Of a stretch of DNA of 64,000 nt, positions 32,389 through 42,219 are shown piece after piece. The DNA is from a virus. Taxonomy: Duplodnaviria; Heunggongvirae; Uroviricota; Caudoviricetes; Crassvirales. The notes beneath the pieces were generated by a model. The model saw nothing but the letters and a program-made list of their open reading frames with translations. It ran no database searches and was not told the origin of the DNA. Each line of letters opens with the position of its first letter. Position 1 is the stretch's first letter. The translations under genes and the position numbers were made by a program. The stretch is taken from IMG/VR virus record IMGVR_UViG_3300033120_000148, positions 11,764 through 75,763 of that record; one strand, written 5' to 3'.

Positions 32389-33099
32389 CTATTTAATTTT
32401 TGATTTTAAATTATTTACAATGGTTTCTAACTCTTCTAAAGAGGCATCATTTTTTATTTTATTAGCTCTATAACTAATAATCCAAACATTACCTTTTATA
32501 TAACCTAAACTTGGAATAATTCTATCTAAAGATGGAGAATTATCAGAAGCTTTAGTAGTATTAGGTATTAATGTAATACCTAATAAAGGACATTTATCAG
32601 GTATAGGAATATCATCTATAGTAATATTAAAATCTAAATTTCTAAGTTTAGCTCTTCTTTTAGCTGATCTTAAAAGATACTTTTGATAAGAAATAGTATT
32701 ATTTACTCTCCTATCTTGATCTCTTTTATTAGATTTAATTACATATTCAATAGATTGTCTTTTTATTTTTTCTAAATCTCTTCTTCTTTTTAAGGCTTCT
32801 GGAGTATTTTGTATAATATGCTCACATTCTCTACAGAAACTTCTTCTGCCATATAGAGAATTTCCAACATTAAAATACTTTAAAAGTAATTCTTTACCAC
32901 ATTTAGAACAAGTCTTCTTTTGGTCTATACTAGCCTCTTTAGCTCTTTTCTTTCCTGTATATGCAGGATAATTACCAACTAATACCTTTTGTATAGTTAC
33001 TCTAGAAACATTGAATACACTTCCTATAGACAACAAAGTTTGTCCATTTTGGTACATTTCTATAATTTTATTAATCTGATCTTCAGTAAAATATATCAT
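32389..33099 (-). CDS. HNH-family homing endonuclease with N-terminal HTH, free-standing; uses a TAG stop
   Basis: N-terminal sigma-70 region-4-like HTH (QTLLSIGSVFNVSRVTIQKVL), Zn-ribbon CSKCGK..CREC, C-terminal HNH_3-like motif SLDRIIPSLGYIKGNVWIISYRANKIKND. Stop codon is TAG, with TGA two codons later. Confidence 0.7.
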   Translation of the reverse strand: MIYFTEDQINKIIEMYQNGQTLLSIGSVFNVSRVTIQKVLVGNYPAYTGKKRAKEASIDQKKTCSKCGKELLLKYFNVGNSLYGRRSFCRECEHIIQNTPEALKRRRDLEKIKRQSIEYVIKSNKRDQDRRVNNTISYQKYLLRSAKRRAKLRNLDFNITIDDIPIPDKCPLLGITLIPNTTKASDNSPSLDRIIPSLGYIKGNVWIISYRANKIKNDASLEELETIVNNLKSKIK

Positions 33100-33170
33100 A
33101 ATCTTTTTTTTATTATCCTACAAAGGTACAATAATAAATTGATATATGCAAATAATTCCACTGAAATAGA

Positions 33171-33970
33171 TCAGTGAACCCAATGCGTGTTTATTTCTGC
33201 ATCAGCAGGAATAGGCAAAGATTTACAATAAATAGCTGCAGCATCTTCCATTATTTTTTTTAATATAGATGGAAAATCTGTTATTTCTTCGGGGAACTCA
33301 CAATTTATTTCATCATGTACTTCTACACATAATTTAATTTTATTAAAATAGTTATTACTTACTATGTAGTTAAATAACATGATACTAGCTTTCTTTAAAA
33401 TTATAGCTCCAGTTCCCTGAGTTACTACATTTCTAGCTAATCTATCATAATTACCTGCTATTTTAAAATGTTTTCTAACTAGTAAAGCAATACTATCTCC
33501 AGTACCTTTATGATTTATTTTATAATCATCCCAAAATTCTCTAGTAAAACTATTTTGTACTGATAACCATTTATTAAAATCCCACCAATATAATCTAGTT
33601 CCAGTTAAAGGATTGATTAAAATGTAACCATTTTTTCTTACAAATTGTGATCCTTTTTTAGCAAAGGAAGAAACACCTATAAATTCCTTATCTAGCATAT
33701 CAATATAACTCTGAGCCTCTTCTACTGTACAATTAGCAGATTTTGCAATAGTTGGTGCTGCTGCTCCAAACATATATGCAAATTCTACACCTTTTACTTT
33801 CTTTCTCCATTTAGGGGCTAATGCCTTAACATCTGCTGCTGATTTACAACCACATTCTATACATTCTTTTCTGAATACAATCCAAGCAAACATATTATGA
33901 GTGTCTCCACTTCTTTCAAGAAATTCTTTTAAAAATTCTTTATCTTTGTATATATCTGCTCCTAATCTTG
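33171..33970 (-). CDS. polA: Family A DNA polymerase, exon 2 (motifs B and C)
   Basis: KKVKGVEFAYMFGAAAPTIAK is motif B (K..NFG..YG) and LCVEVHDEI is motif C (HDE). GDTHNMFA corresponds to Taq RDIHTETA. The N-terminal boundary is approximate and depends on the splice site. Confidence 0.8.
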
Positions 33971-35029
33971 CACCCATACTAGGGTGGACTATCCCTTCAC
34001 CTTATTTATAAAAACTTAGGTGTACCTATTATAGTCTCTGCACATTTCTATCTACTTTGAAAATTACCATTTAGGTGGATAGACTTTGCTCAGGGTTATC
34101 ATGCCAGATTTTCCCTGAATTTAAGGTATTTACACACTTCTACTTTCATAGAAGGAGAGCCATTTATTGTATTTTCTTTTTATAAAAATACAGGCATTAA
34201 AATATAACATACTACCTATAAATAAAACATCTTTTATTTTATAAACTTCTATATAATATAATTTATTACCATAATTATTAGTTCTTTCTCTTATATAAGA
34301 AGTAATATTATATTTATCTAAAAAATATTTTATTTGTTTTATAAAGTCCAAAGATTTACCACATATAAAAAAGTCAAGATGACCGCTACTTGGATGAAAA
34401 CCTCCATCACCATCAAATATGCCTCTTAATATGTTCCAATTTATAGGTGTATAAATTTTACAATTATAACTTTTATTATAGAAATTGCCTTTCCTTCTTA
34501 GCCAACACTCAGCATCATCATTTACAAATGCTACACTGTACATATAAGATGAATTAATTTTTTGAAGTACTTTTGATACTTTCAAAGAAGGGGATACAAA
34601 GTCTCTAAATTTTTCAACTATGTATCCATCCCTCTCATTTAATCCAAGAGATATACTATAAGTATATTTAGTACCACTTTTTTTACTAATATTTCCATCT
34701 GTAAGTAATAACCCAAGAAAGTAATCAGATAGTTCATCATTACTTTTAAATGGATTATGTTTACATAATCTTTGTACCTTCTGTGTACTTCTTAGAGGTA
34801 TATTATATCTCATAAGGACTCTTCTAATAGAAGTATTATAAGTATTCCACTTCTTTGCAATTTCTACTGTATTTAATCCTTTTTTATAGTCTTCTATAAT
34901 AGAGGATTCTTTTTCTTTTGAAAATTTACTCATATCTACATATTTAAATTAATATGCAAATATAAGCATTATAATCGTAATAACCAAATTATTTATAAAA
35001 TTTATTATGTTATATTAGTATTTTACTAA
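33970..35029 (-). mobile_element. Group I intron (~1.06 kb) inserted in polA immediately after motif A, carrying a LAGLIDADG homing endonuclease ORF
   Basis: Minus-strand 3' part contains group I core elements tgCAGAGACTAtaa (R-like) and AAGGGATAGTCC (S-like), whose GACTA/TAGTC halves can form P7. Exon 1 ends ..CDYSAEEL and exon 2 resumes (R)LGADIY..GDTHNMFA, which together match DYSQIELRxLAH. The HEG has its own ATG/TAA and is flanked by noncoding sequence. Confidence 0.7.
34130..34933 (-). CDS. LAGLIDADG homing endonuclease (intron-encoded)
   Basis: Two LAGLIDADG motifs: LGLLLTDGNIS and LRGIFDGDGGF. Confidence 0.85.
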   Translation of the reverse strand: MSKFSKEKESSIIEDYKKGLNTVEIAKKWNTYNTSIRRVLMRYNIPLRSTQKVQRLCKHNPFKSNDELSDYFLGLLLTDGNISKKSGTKYTYSISLGLNERDGYIVEKFRDFVSPSLKVSKVLQKINSSYMYSVAFVNDDAECWLRRKGNFYNKSYNCKIYTPINWNILRGIFDGDGGFHPSSGHLDFFICGKSLDFIKQIKYFLDKYNITSYIRERTNNYGNKLYYIEVYKIKDVLFIGSMLYFNACIFIKRKYNKWLSFYESRSV

Positions 35030-36400
35030 CTCTTCAGCACTATAATCACATGAAATAAATTTACTACCCTTTTCAGAAATAAAAGAACTTCTAGTTATTT
35101 CATCACTAGGTAATTGTTGTAAATTAGGATAAGAGCATGCTAGACCCTCTCTTTTCTGTTTATCAGAAGGTTTAATAGGTAAACCTTTTAGTTTAGCTAA
35201 ATCAGTATTTATCTGTGTACTACCACTAGATAACCTCCCTGAAATAGTACCTAATTGTTTAAATGATGTATGTATTCTTCCTGTAATAGGATTAATAGCA
35301 TTAAGATGACCCTGACCAAATGAAGTTACTACTTTGTGGTATTCCTGATGTTTAAAATATAGATCTAAGAAAGTATCATCTATACCTTTCTGAGAAATTA
35401 ATTGCTTTTCAATTACACTATCTTTTTCTTCCCCACTATTTTTATCAATAACTGTAGTATTAAATCCTAATAATTTAGCCACTTTAGTAACTTGCTTACT
35501 AGAACCCCAATCTATAGAACTTTTAAGAGTAGTATCATAACCAGTAAATAAATCTCCTTGATAATCTATGTAAGTAAATTGCTTTGTTTTTGGATTACTA
35601 GCAATATAATCATTTAAATCTTTAATAGATTTATTATAATTTATTCTATCAGTATTCATTTTAGCTTTCCACTTAACTTCATCTAGCTTTATACCACACC
35701 ATTCCATATAAGCTATAGCAGGTATATATTCACATTCTAATCTAATGCCATTATAACATCCTTTTTCATTACATAATCTTAACTGAATTAACATTATATC
35801 ATATAAATCTACTACATCATTAGCAGCATATTCAATAACTTTGTCATCTAGACCCCTCCAGATAATCTCTCCTCTTACAGTTTTATCCATTTCCTTATGA
35901 AGATACTTTAATTCTAAAGCCTTTAATGAAAAACTTAATTGATATAATAAATTATCATCTTTATCTTTCACTTTAATATAAGGAAAATCATAATTTCCTT
36001 CTTCATATTCTACAGGAGATATTTTCAAGTAAGGAAAACCTAGATATAATACCTGCTCAACTATCATAGTATCATATACTCTCAAAGGAATAATCTCATA
36101 CTTATAGAGAAATTGTAAATCAAACTTTATATTCTGCCCTATAAGTAACATTCTTTCTAGTTCCCCCTTATATTCTAAAGGAGAAATAGTAGTGCAATCA
36201 ACTACTATTTGAGTTGATTTATCAATACTACCAAATTGCATAGATAGAATATTACATATATGAGCATCTTTGCCAGATGTTTCTGAATCATACTGGCATA
36301 AGTTCCAAGACTTTAGTATATCTATAGATTCCTTTACAGATATATTTTTGAATAGGTCATTAGAAAATAATTCTTGATTTCTTGAAACTAAATATATCAT
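35029..36400 (-). CDS. polA: Family A DNA polymerase, exon 1 (3'-5' exonuclease domain + palm through motif A)
   Basis: Exo I YDSETSG, Exo II GQNIKFDLQFL, Exo III YAANDVVDLYD. Pol motifs TGRIHTSFKQLGTISGRLSS, PNLQQLP and motif A CDYSAEEL. Confidence 0.85.
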
Positions 36401-36903
36401 TACTTATATTTATTATAGGCAACTAATTCATCAAAGTCAAGTATATACTTATACTTAGTAAAGAATGAATTTCCTAAAATACCATGTACAGTTACACCTG
36501 ATTCATTTTTTACATTATCAAAAGCTGCACTTAAATCCATTACACAGAAATCAGATGTAAAATCCTGTTCTTTATAACTAATAGTCATTGAACATATTTT
36601 AGTATCTGTTGAAGTACCTTCTATTCCATATATAGGTATAGATGTAGCATTTTCCTTTAAATGAATATTTAATGTATTAAACACTCTTTCATCAATAACA
36701 GATTTATTTGCACCACTATCTAGTAAGAAATGTAATTTATTAGGGCCATATATAAATGTTATTATTGGAAGATCTGTTAAGTCAAGAGATTCCTTAAATG
36801 ATATTTTTGTGCACTTATTACTGTCTTCTACACCATTAACTATTAATCCAATGGCAACTACAGCCAATAGTACAACTAATATTGTTATCATTTGCATTAT
36901 CAT
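36400..36903 (-). CDS. Retropepsin-like (clan AA) aspartic protease with N-terminal transmembrane anchor
   Basis: N-terminal TM segment MITILVVLLAVVAIGLIV. Catalytic motif FLLDSGANKSVI (hhhDSGA). C-terminal ILGNSFF matches the retropepsin hhG(R/N)D/S motif. Confidence 0.6.
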   Translation of the reverse strand: MIMQMITILVVLLAVVAIGLIVNGVEDSNKCTKISFKESLDLTDLPIITFIYGPNKLHFLLDSGANKSVIDERVFNTLNIHLKENATSIPIYGIEGTSTDTKICSMTISYKEQDFTSDFCVMDLSAAFDNVKNESGVTVHGILGNSFFTKYKYILDFDELVAYNKYK

Positions 36904-36925
36904 ATATATTCAAAGTATTAAATTA

Positions 36926-37465
36926 TTATATTCCTGTAGAACCAAATCCTCCTCTATCAGTATTTGATAGATGATCTACATATTCAATTTCAATCTTAGA
37001 GGTAAATAGCCACTTAATCTTTTGCCACATTGTAGCTTTCTGACTAAGTTGTATTCTAAATTGACAGATTCTACAACCTTCCTCTATCTTAGTATCTCTC
37101 ATAGCTAATGCTGGGAATTTCCATTCATCATTATTTCCACTATATGAATGATCTATAATTCCAAAACTAATAGCACATATAATACCATATTTACTGAAAG
37201 TACTACTTCTTGGAACTAAAATAGCCTCATATCCATTTGGCAATTGCATAGCAATACCTAAAGGTATATTCACTACTTTAGGGAATATAACATCTCTAAA
37301 TTTATTTACAGTCTCACCTTTCCCTTTTTGTCTATGAAGAGTTTCTGCTATTGGACCTTTAAGAGTAACTTGAGAAGCTGTAGGTAAATCAATCCAATCT
37401 CCTTTATCAATAATTTTAATCTCTTGACTTTGTCTTATGTTTTTTACTTTTATTTTTAATTTCAT
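36926..37465 (-). CDS. dut: dUTP pyrophosphatase
   Basis: Motif 2 PRSS, motif 3 GIIDHSYSG, motif 5 DRGGFGSTGI. Confidence 0.85.
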   Translation of the reverse strand: MKLKIKVKNIRQSQEIKIIDKGDWIDLPTASQVTLKGPIAETLHRQKGKGETVNKFRDVIFPKVVNIPLGIAMQLPNGYEAILVPRSSTFSKYGIICAISFGIIDHSYSGNNDEWKFPALAMRDTKIEEGCRICQFRIQLSQKATMWQKIKWLFTSKIEIEYVDHLSNTDRGGFGSTGI

Positions 37466-37648
37466 CTTTTTTAAATCCTATTATCGCCCTAGGCTTTATT
37501 GTTTCTACTTTACTTAGTACATTAATTGTATTATTATTGGTCGTTGTACTATATCTCTTAAATACTGTAACACCAATAAAAGTTATTTTTGTTTCTCTTA
37601 CCGCTATATCATCTTTAATATATTCTTTTTTATTTATTTTTATCATAC

Positions 37649-38125
37649 TTATTTTTGTAACTTGGAAGTTATATCTTCAAGAGTTAATAATCCATCTTTA
37701 TCTATATGGGTTCTAAATAGTATTTGATTAGTATCTTTCTTATTTAAGGGACCAAAATCTTCTCTATAAGGACCATATTTGACAAAGTTGAATACTTTAT
37801 AATTTACTTTAGTATAATACCCATATTCCCTACCAGAATACCAGGCTGTTAATAACCCTGTATATTTATCTCTAATAAATGCAGCTAAGTGTTCTACTTC
37901 TAAAGGGGAACTATCTCCACCCATAAAAGCTACACATGTAATTCCTTTATTAATACTTATTAAATTAGCTAGTGCTTCTTCATTTAATTCAATACCAATG
38001 TCATCTGCAAGGTATGCACTATGGCATCCCTTACAGTGACATGGACAATTTGAAATATTAATAGCTAATGTTATTTCATCAGGAATTTCTTGAAAAACAA
38101 TTTTAGTATCTACATATTTCAGCAT
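37649..38125 (-). CDS. nrdG: Anaerobic ribonucleotide reductase activating protein (radical SAM)
   Basis: NCPCHCKGCH cysteine cluster near the N-terminus, 158 aa, adjacent to nrdD. Confidence 0.75.
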   Translation of the reverse strand: MLKYVDTKIVFQEIPDEITLAINISNCPCHCKGCHSAYLADDIGIELNEEALANLISINKGITCVAFMGGDSSPLEVEHLAAFIRDKYTGLLTAWYSGREYGYYTKVNYKVFNFVKYGPYREDFGPLNKKDTNQILFRTHIDKDGLLTLEDITSKLQK

Positions 38126-38298
38126 TATATTGATCTTATAGTTAGTGTATCAGAACACATATAGTGTATTTGACTCATTTTAAATCCCTTACTTTCAAGA
38201 AATTCTTCAACATCATCATTCTGAAGATCTATCTGACTTTCATCAACATGAAGTAATACTATTTCACCCACATTATAATCTAATATACTTATAGTCAT
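38125..38298 (-). CDS. Small acidic ORF (57 aa) translationally coupled between nrdD and nrdG
   Basis: ATGA overlap with the nrdD stop and TAATG overlap with the nrdG start. Absent from the track (<60 aa). Confidence 0.35.
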   Translation of the reverse strand: MTISILDYNVGEIVLLHVDESQIDLQNDDVEEFLESKGFKMSQIHYMCSDTLTIRSI

Positions 38299-40442
38299 AT
38301 TTCTTCCTTTCCATCGCTAAATATTCTTTTCTTTACTTCAATATTTCTAGCTTTACTATAGGAGCTATAAGGTCTAAGAAATCCAATTATCCTTACCCAG
38401 TAATCTATATGTTCACTACCACATATAGGACATACTTTGATAGGAGAATTAACTACATGACCACAATCTGAGCATTCACTAATAGGTATATTAAAAGTAA
38501 AATAATTACACCCTTCCTTTACAGCAAAATCTAGTATCTTTGTGTACTGTGCTTCACTTAGATGTTCATCTAAATGAATATGACAAGCTTGACCTCCTCC
38601 ACAGTATGTATTCACATCTCTATTATGTAGTTTTAATTTATCTAATATAGATATATTTTCATCCCACTGTTTAAAGAAGTAACTACTATACAGATTTTGA
38701 TCTTCAGGTACTTTATAACCATCTTTTTTATCCTGCTCATATAACTTTACAGCTAAATTCTCTCCTGGAATTGCTTCCAAGTTAAATACAAATGGTCTCT
38801 TTTTATCATGAATAGAGTGCTTCTTATTCTCTTCTTGTATAGTAGAGAATATAAGTTTAAGAAAATCCTTATACTCTTTATTATTATCTACTTTTAACCC
38901 TAAGGCTTCTGCTGCTTCACAGTAGCCAATTACTCCTATAGTACAGAATAGCTTCTTCATAAAGATATAACCAGCATTAGAACTGCTATACATCTTTTTA
39001 TCTTCCATTTCATATAGCATAGTTTTATATGCTATTTGATATTTATATACTCTTTCAAGTATACTTTTAAGATAATCTTTAAGAAGTATATTATTATCTT
39101 TACATCTAATCCAATTTTGAACTATTCTATTTAAATTAAGAGTAATTACATTAGCTGAACCAGTCATAATACCTGTTAATCCTATAGTAGAATTAAATGT
39201 ATTATCAACTATTTCATTTTGAACCCTACAACATGAAGAAATACTATTAGGATTATTACTTAGATATAGAAAGAAGCTACCTCCTTTAGCCCATTCTTCT
39301 ACTACCCATTTCTTTGTTTCTAAGTCAAGACAATTATTATTATCATGAAGCATACAAACTGAAGTTACTGGGAAAGTTAGAGGTTTAATTAATCTAAGTT
39401 CTCTATGTAATTCCATAAAGATTCTCTGAAGTTTATCTATTGCTACCCATTCTGGTTTAGAACCATCTGGATAATAGAACTCTCCAAATAATGATTCATA
39501 GTAATACTTATCAAAGAAATTAAGATTAGAGAAAGGACTATTATAGCTTCTATTGCCTGCAGGTTGATTAATACCATATATAAATTGCTTCATTCCTTTC
39601 CTAATAGCATCTTTAATAGTCTTCTTTTTAAGACAATGCTCAGATGAAATAGAGCAGTCTAATTTATCATACCATTTATCACCATATTCTGCAATTACAT
39701 AATAATTTAAAGCTATAATATAGTCTCCCATAGCTACAGCCCCTCTTACCTGTGATGATAATAAGAACATTAAATTAGTAACTTGTCCACTAAATGACTG
39801 AATATCATTAGGTGGTCCAGGAGTTACACCATCAATATCTTTAGTACCATTAAGCATCACAGGATACAAGGTAACAGCTTTACAATAAGGCTTTAATACA
39901 GGTGTTTGGCTCTCATCATGAGGATATATAATGTAATCATCAATGTCTTTCTCATAATCTTTAGATACCTCAGGGAATAATTCATTCAGTTCATCTTTCA
40001 TTCTCTGCCTTTGAATTACTCTATTAGTACTTTTAAATACCTCTCCCTCAAGATTTGCTACATTCTTCATAGTCACATTTGCATTAGCATCTGTTTCTGA
40101 AGAAGTTGCAGCATTATCTGAAGAATTAGTATAGTTATCCATATAATTAAGTCTTTCCTTAATAAATCTAGCATCATCATGATTTTTTCTATATATAATA
40201 TAGGCTTTTGCTACATTATAGAAGCCTTGATTCATTAATTCTCTTTCTATAGTATTTTGTATATTTTCAACAGTTTCTGTAGTTTCTATTTCTTTGTTCC
40301 ATAACACATTTAACTTTTTATAGTCAAAAGTATCATTACTTTCATTACAAGCTTTAAAGGCTTTATTTATAGCTACATAAATCTTTGCCAACTTAAAGTC
40401 CTCTAGTTCACCATTTCTTTTAATTACCTTCATTAAATCCAA
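38295..40442 (-). CDS. nrdD: Anaerobic (class III) ribonucleoside-triphosphate reductase
   Basis: N-terminal ATP-cone (VIKRNGELEDFKLAKI), 715 aa, C-terminal Zn ribbon CSDCGH..CPICG, and glycyl-radical region RIIGFLRP. Confidence 0.8.
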   Translation of the reverse strand: MDLMKVIKRNGELEDFKLAKIYVAINKAFKACNESNDTFDYKKLNVLWNKEIETTETVENIQNTIERELMNQGFYNVAKAYIIYRKNHDDARFIKERLNYMDNYTNSSDNAATSSETDANANVTMKNVANLEGEVFKSTNRVIQRQRMKDELNELFPEVSKDYEKDIDDYIIYPHDESQTPVLKPYCKAVTLYPVMLNGTKDIDGVTPGPPNDIQSFSGQVTNLMFLLSSQVRGAVAMGDYIIALNYYVIAEYGDKWYDKLDCSISSEHCLKKKTIKDAIRKGMKQFIYGINQPAGNRSYNSPFSNLNFFDKYYYESLFGEFYYPDGSKPEWVAIDKLQRIFMELHRELRLIKPLTFPVTSVCMLHDNNNCLDLETKKWVVEEWAKGGSFFLYLSNNPNSISSCCRVQNEIVDNTFNSTIGLTGIMTGSANVITLNLNRIVQNWIRCKDNNILLKDYLKSILERVYKYQIAYKTMLYEMEDKKMYSSSNAGYIFMKKLFCTIGVIGYCEAAEALGLKVDNNKEYKDFLKLIFSTIQEENKKHSIHDKKRPFVFNLEAIPGENLAVKLYEQDKKDGYKVPEDQNLYSSYFFKQWDENISILDKLKLHNRDVNTYCGGGQACHIHLDEHLSEAQYTKILDFAVKEGCNYFTFNIPISECSDCGHVVNSPIKVCPICGSEHIDYWVRIIGFLRPYSSYSKARNIEVKKRIFSDGKEEI

Positions 40443-41509
40443 TCATTAATATTATTTATACCATCAATATTTATTCCAAAAGGAATAGTTCTATTTTCTT
40501 TTAGATAAGCACTCAATTCTTCACCTAAAACTAATGGACTAGTTAATACAGTACCATCATTTAATTCTATAGAATCATACAATCTTGTTGTATCAGGATA
40601 TAACCACAGCATTGGTGTAAGAGACCTCTTATTAACAACTATAAATTGATAGTCAGCTAATTTAAAGTCTTTAAAATATGGGTCATTATCCATATTTTGT
40701 CTTATAGTAGCCCAATACAATCTAGCTTGAATATCATAACACCAAGTCTTAAATGACTCATAGAATTTATATTCAGGATGACCACTAGTCTTTAAATCAA
40801 AGGGATATATAATATTCTTATCATAATCCACTATAATTAAATCAGCCATGACTCTATAAGCAATCTCTGGGGAATCATCAGTAGCCTTGAATTTAGACTT
40901 AAATTTAAGTTGATAATATCTTTGTATACCTCCTTTTTCCCAAGGATTATTTTCAGCAAATAAACCCTTTGTCAGTTTACTACTTTTTAATACTCTCACA
41001 GTATTAGCCACATCAAGCCAATCCTCTTTACTTAGTATAGTTTTACCATTAGATTTAAGTAATTCTTGATAGTAAGTTTCACCCTCTCTTAAAATACCTT
41101 CTATTCTCTTAGCATCTGCTGCATTACTCCTATAGTCATATTTATTTAGAACCTCAATTATATTAGCACTAGGAATCCTAACTAAATCATTATAAGTTTC
41201 TTTATATGTTTCAAACAACTCTTTGACTACTTTTAAAGGTTTCTCACCAATCTTAGGAAATTCTGCAATAGCATATCTACTATTGAATTCATCCATACCA
41301 CCAGTCATAATACTATCTACAGCACCACCAAAGGTTAAGCTTGGAGATTCTATTTTATCAAATAATTTAGGAATACAATCTACTCCACCTCTTTTAAAAC
41401 TTGCTAATGTTGAATAACTTAGATTAGGATCTGCTCTATATTCTGTCTCTGTTACTTGCCAAGATATATCTTTAAAATCTTTTATTTGTGCATTCTTATT
41501 TTCTTCCAT
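40433..41509 (-). CDS. PD-(D/E)xK family exonuclease (RecB/Cas4/YqaJ-like), putative
   Basis: IIVDYDKN...FDLKTSG resembles the hDhK(T) motif of the RecB/lambda-Exo nuclease fold. Confidence 0.45.
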   Translation of the reverse strand: MEENKNAQIKDFKDISWQVTETEYRADPNLSYSTLASFKRGGVDCIPKLFDKIESPSLTFGGAVDSIMTGGMDEFNSRYAIAEFPKIGEKPLKVVKELFETYKETYNDLVRIPSANIIEVLNKYDYRSNAADAKRIEGILREGETYYQELLKSNGKTILSKEDWLDVANTVRVLKSSKLTKGLFAENNPWEKGGIQRYYQLKFKSKFKATDDSPEIAYRVMADLIIVDYDKNIIYPFDLKTSGHPEYKFYESFKTWCYDIQARLYWATIRQNMDNDPYFKDFKLADYQFIVVNKRSLTPMLWLYPDTTRLYDSIELNDGTVLTSPLVLGEELSAYLKENRTIPFGINIDGINNINDWI

Positions 41510-41511
41510 AT

Positions 41512-42219
41512 TTATTCCTCATCTACTCCTTCCAATTGCATTAAATACATGTCCAATTTCATTTCTAAAGTTAATAATTGGTCATTGCATTCTTTAGAAG
41601 TCTTCTTAATAACTGACCTAATCAAGTAACTTAAAGAGGAGAAGTCTCTATTAAGTAAATACTTCTCACCTAATGCTATGTCTTTTTTATTACCTAAAGA
41701 TGGTAGTAATTCTTCTATCTCTTTAATAATATCCATATCTTTAATTATTTTTATTGCTTGATGTAATTGTGCTTTAGTATGCACTTCAAAATACATGGAT
41801 TCTACACCTCTTCTTCTTAAATCTTCTAATAAGCTGATAAATAACTTTTTTTTAAGATAGAAAGTATCATTTTCAAAGCCTTTTGCTTCAATATAAATAT
41901 CTACATCATTATATTTAAAATAAAAATCTGGAGTATATCTAATAGGTCTAAGTACTTTAGATTGTCTGTGTAATAAAAGAGGACTTCTTAATCCATTAAC
42001 TCTTTTTTTATGCTGCTCTTTAGTTTCAGAATCATAGAACTCAATAGCAACTTCCCTTCTATCAATTAGAACAAATGTAGTAGGTTCATATTCTACATTA
42101 AACCCGTTTTCAAGTAACTCTTTATAGAAAGACCTTTCAGTAATAGATTTAAATTGAATATTACCTAAACTACATTCTGTTGCATTCTTAATTTTCTTAT
42201 TTTCTCTTCCTTTTGCCAT
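41512..42219 (-). CDS. Hypothetical protein, possible PD-(D/E)xK nuclease
   Basis: Weak D..EAK pattern (DVDIYIEAKG). Confidence 0.35.
   Translation of the reverse strand: MAKGRENKKIKNATECSLGNIQFKSITERSFYKELLENGFNVEYEPTTFVLIDRREVAIEFYDSETKEQHKKRVNGLRSPLLLHRQSKVLRPIRYTPDFYFKYNDVDIYIEAKGFENDTFYLKKKLFISLLEDLRRRGVESMYFEVHTKAQLHQAIKIIKDMDIIKEIEELLPSLGNKKDIALGEKYLLNRDFSSLSYLIRSVIKKTSKECNDQLLTLEMKLDMYLMQLEGVDEE

Noticed and set aside
33978-35014. Intein interpretation of the LAGLIDADG element in polA
   Set aside because: The endonuclease has its own ATG and TAA and is flanked by noncoding sequence carrying group I core elements. It is not in frame with the host protein, so it is an intron, not an intein.
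37416-37646. 76-aa ORF overlapping the 5' end of dut by 50 nt
   Set aside because: The dUTPase N-terminus aligns with the canonical dUTPase start, so the overlapping ORF is doubtful. A real but tiny gene cannot be excluded.
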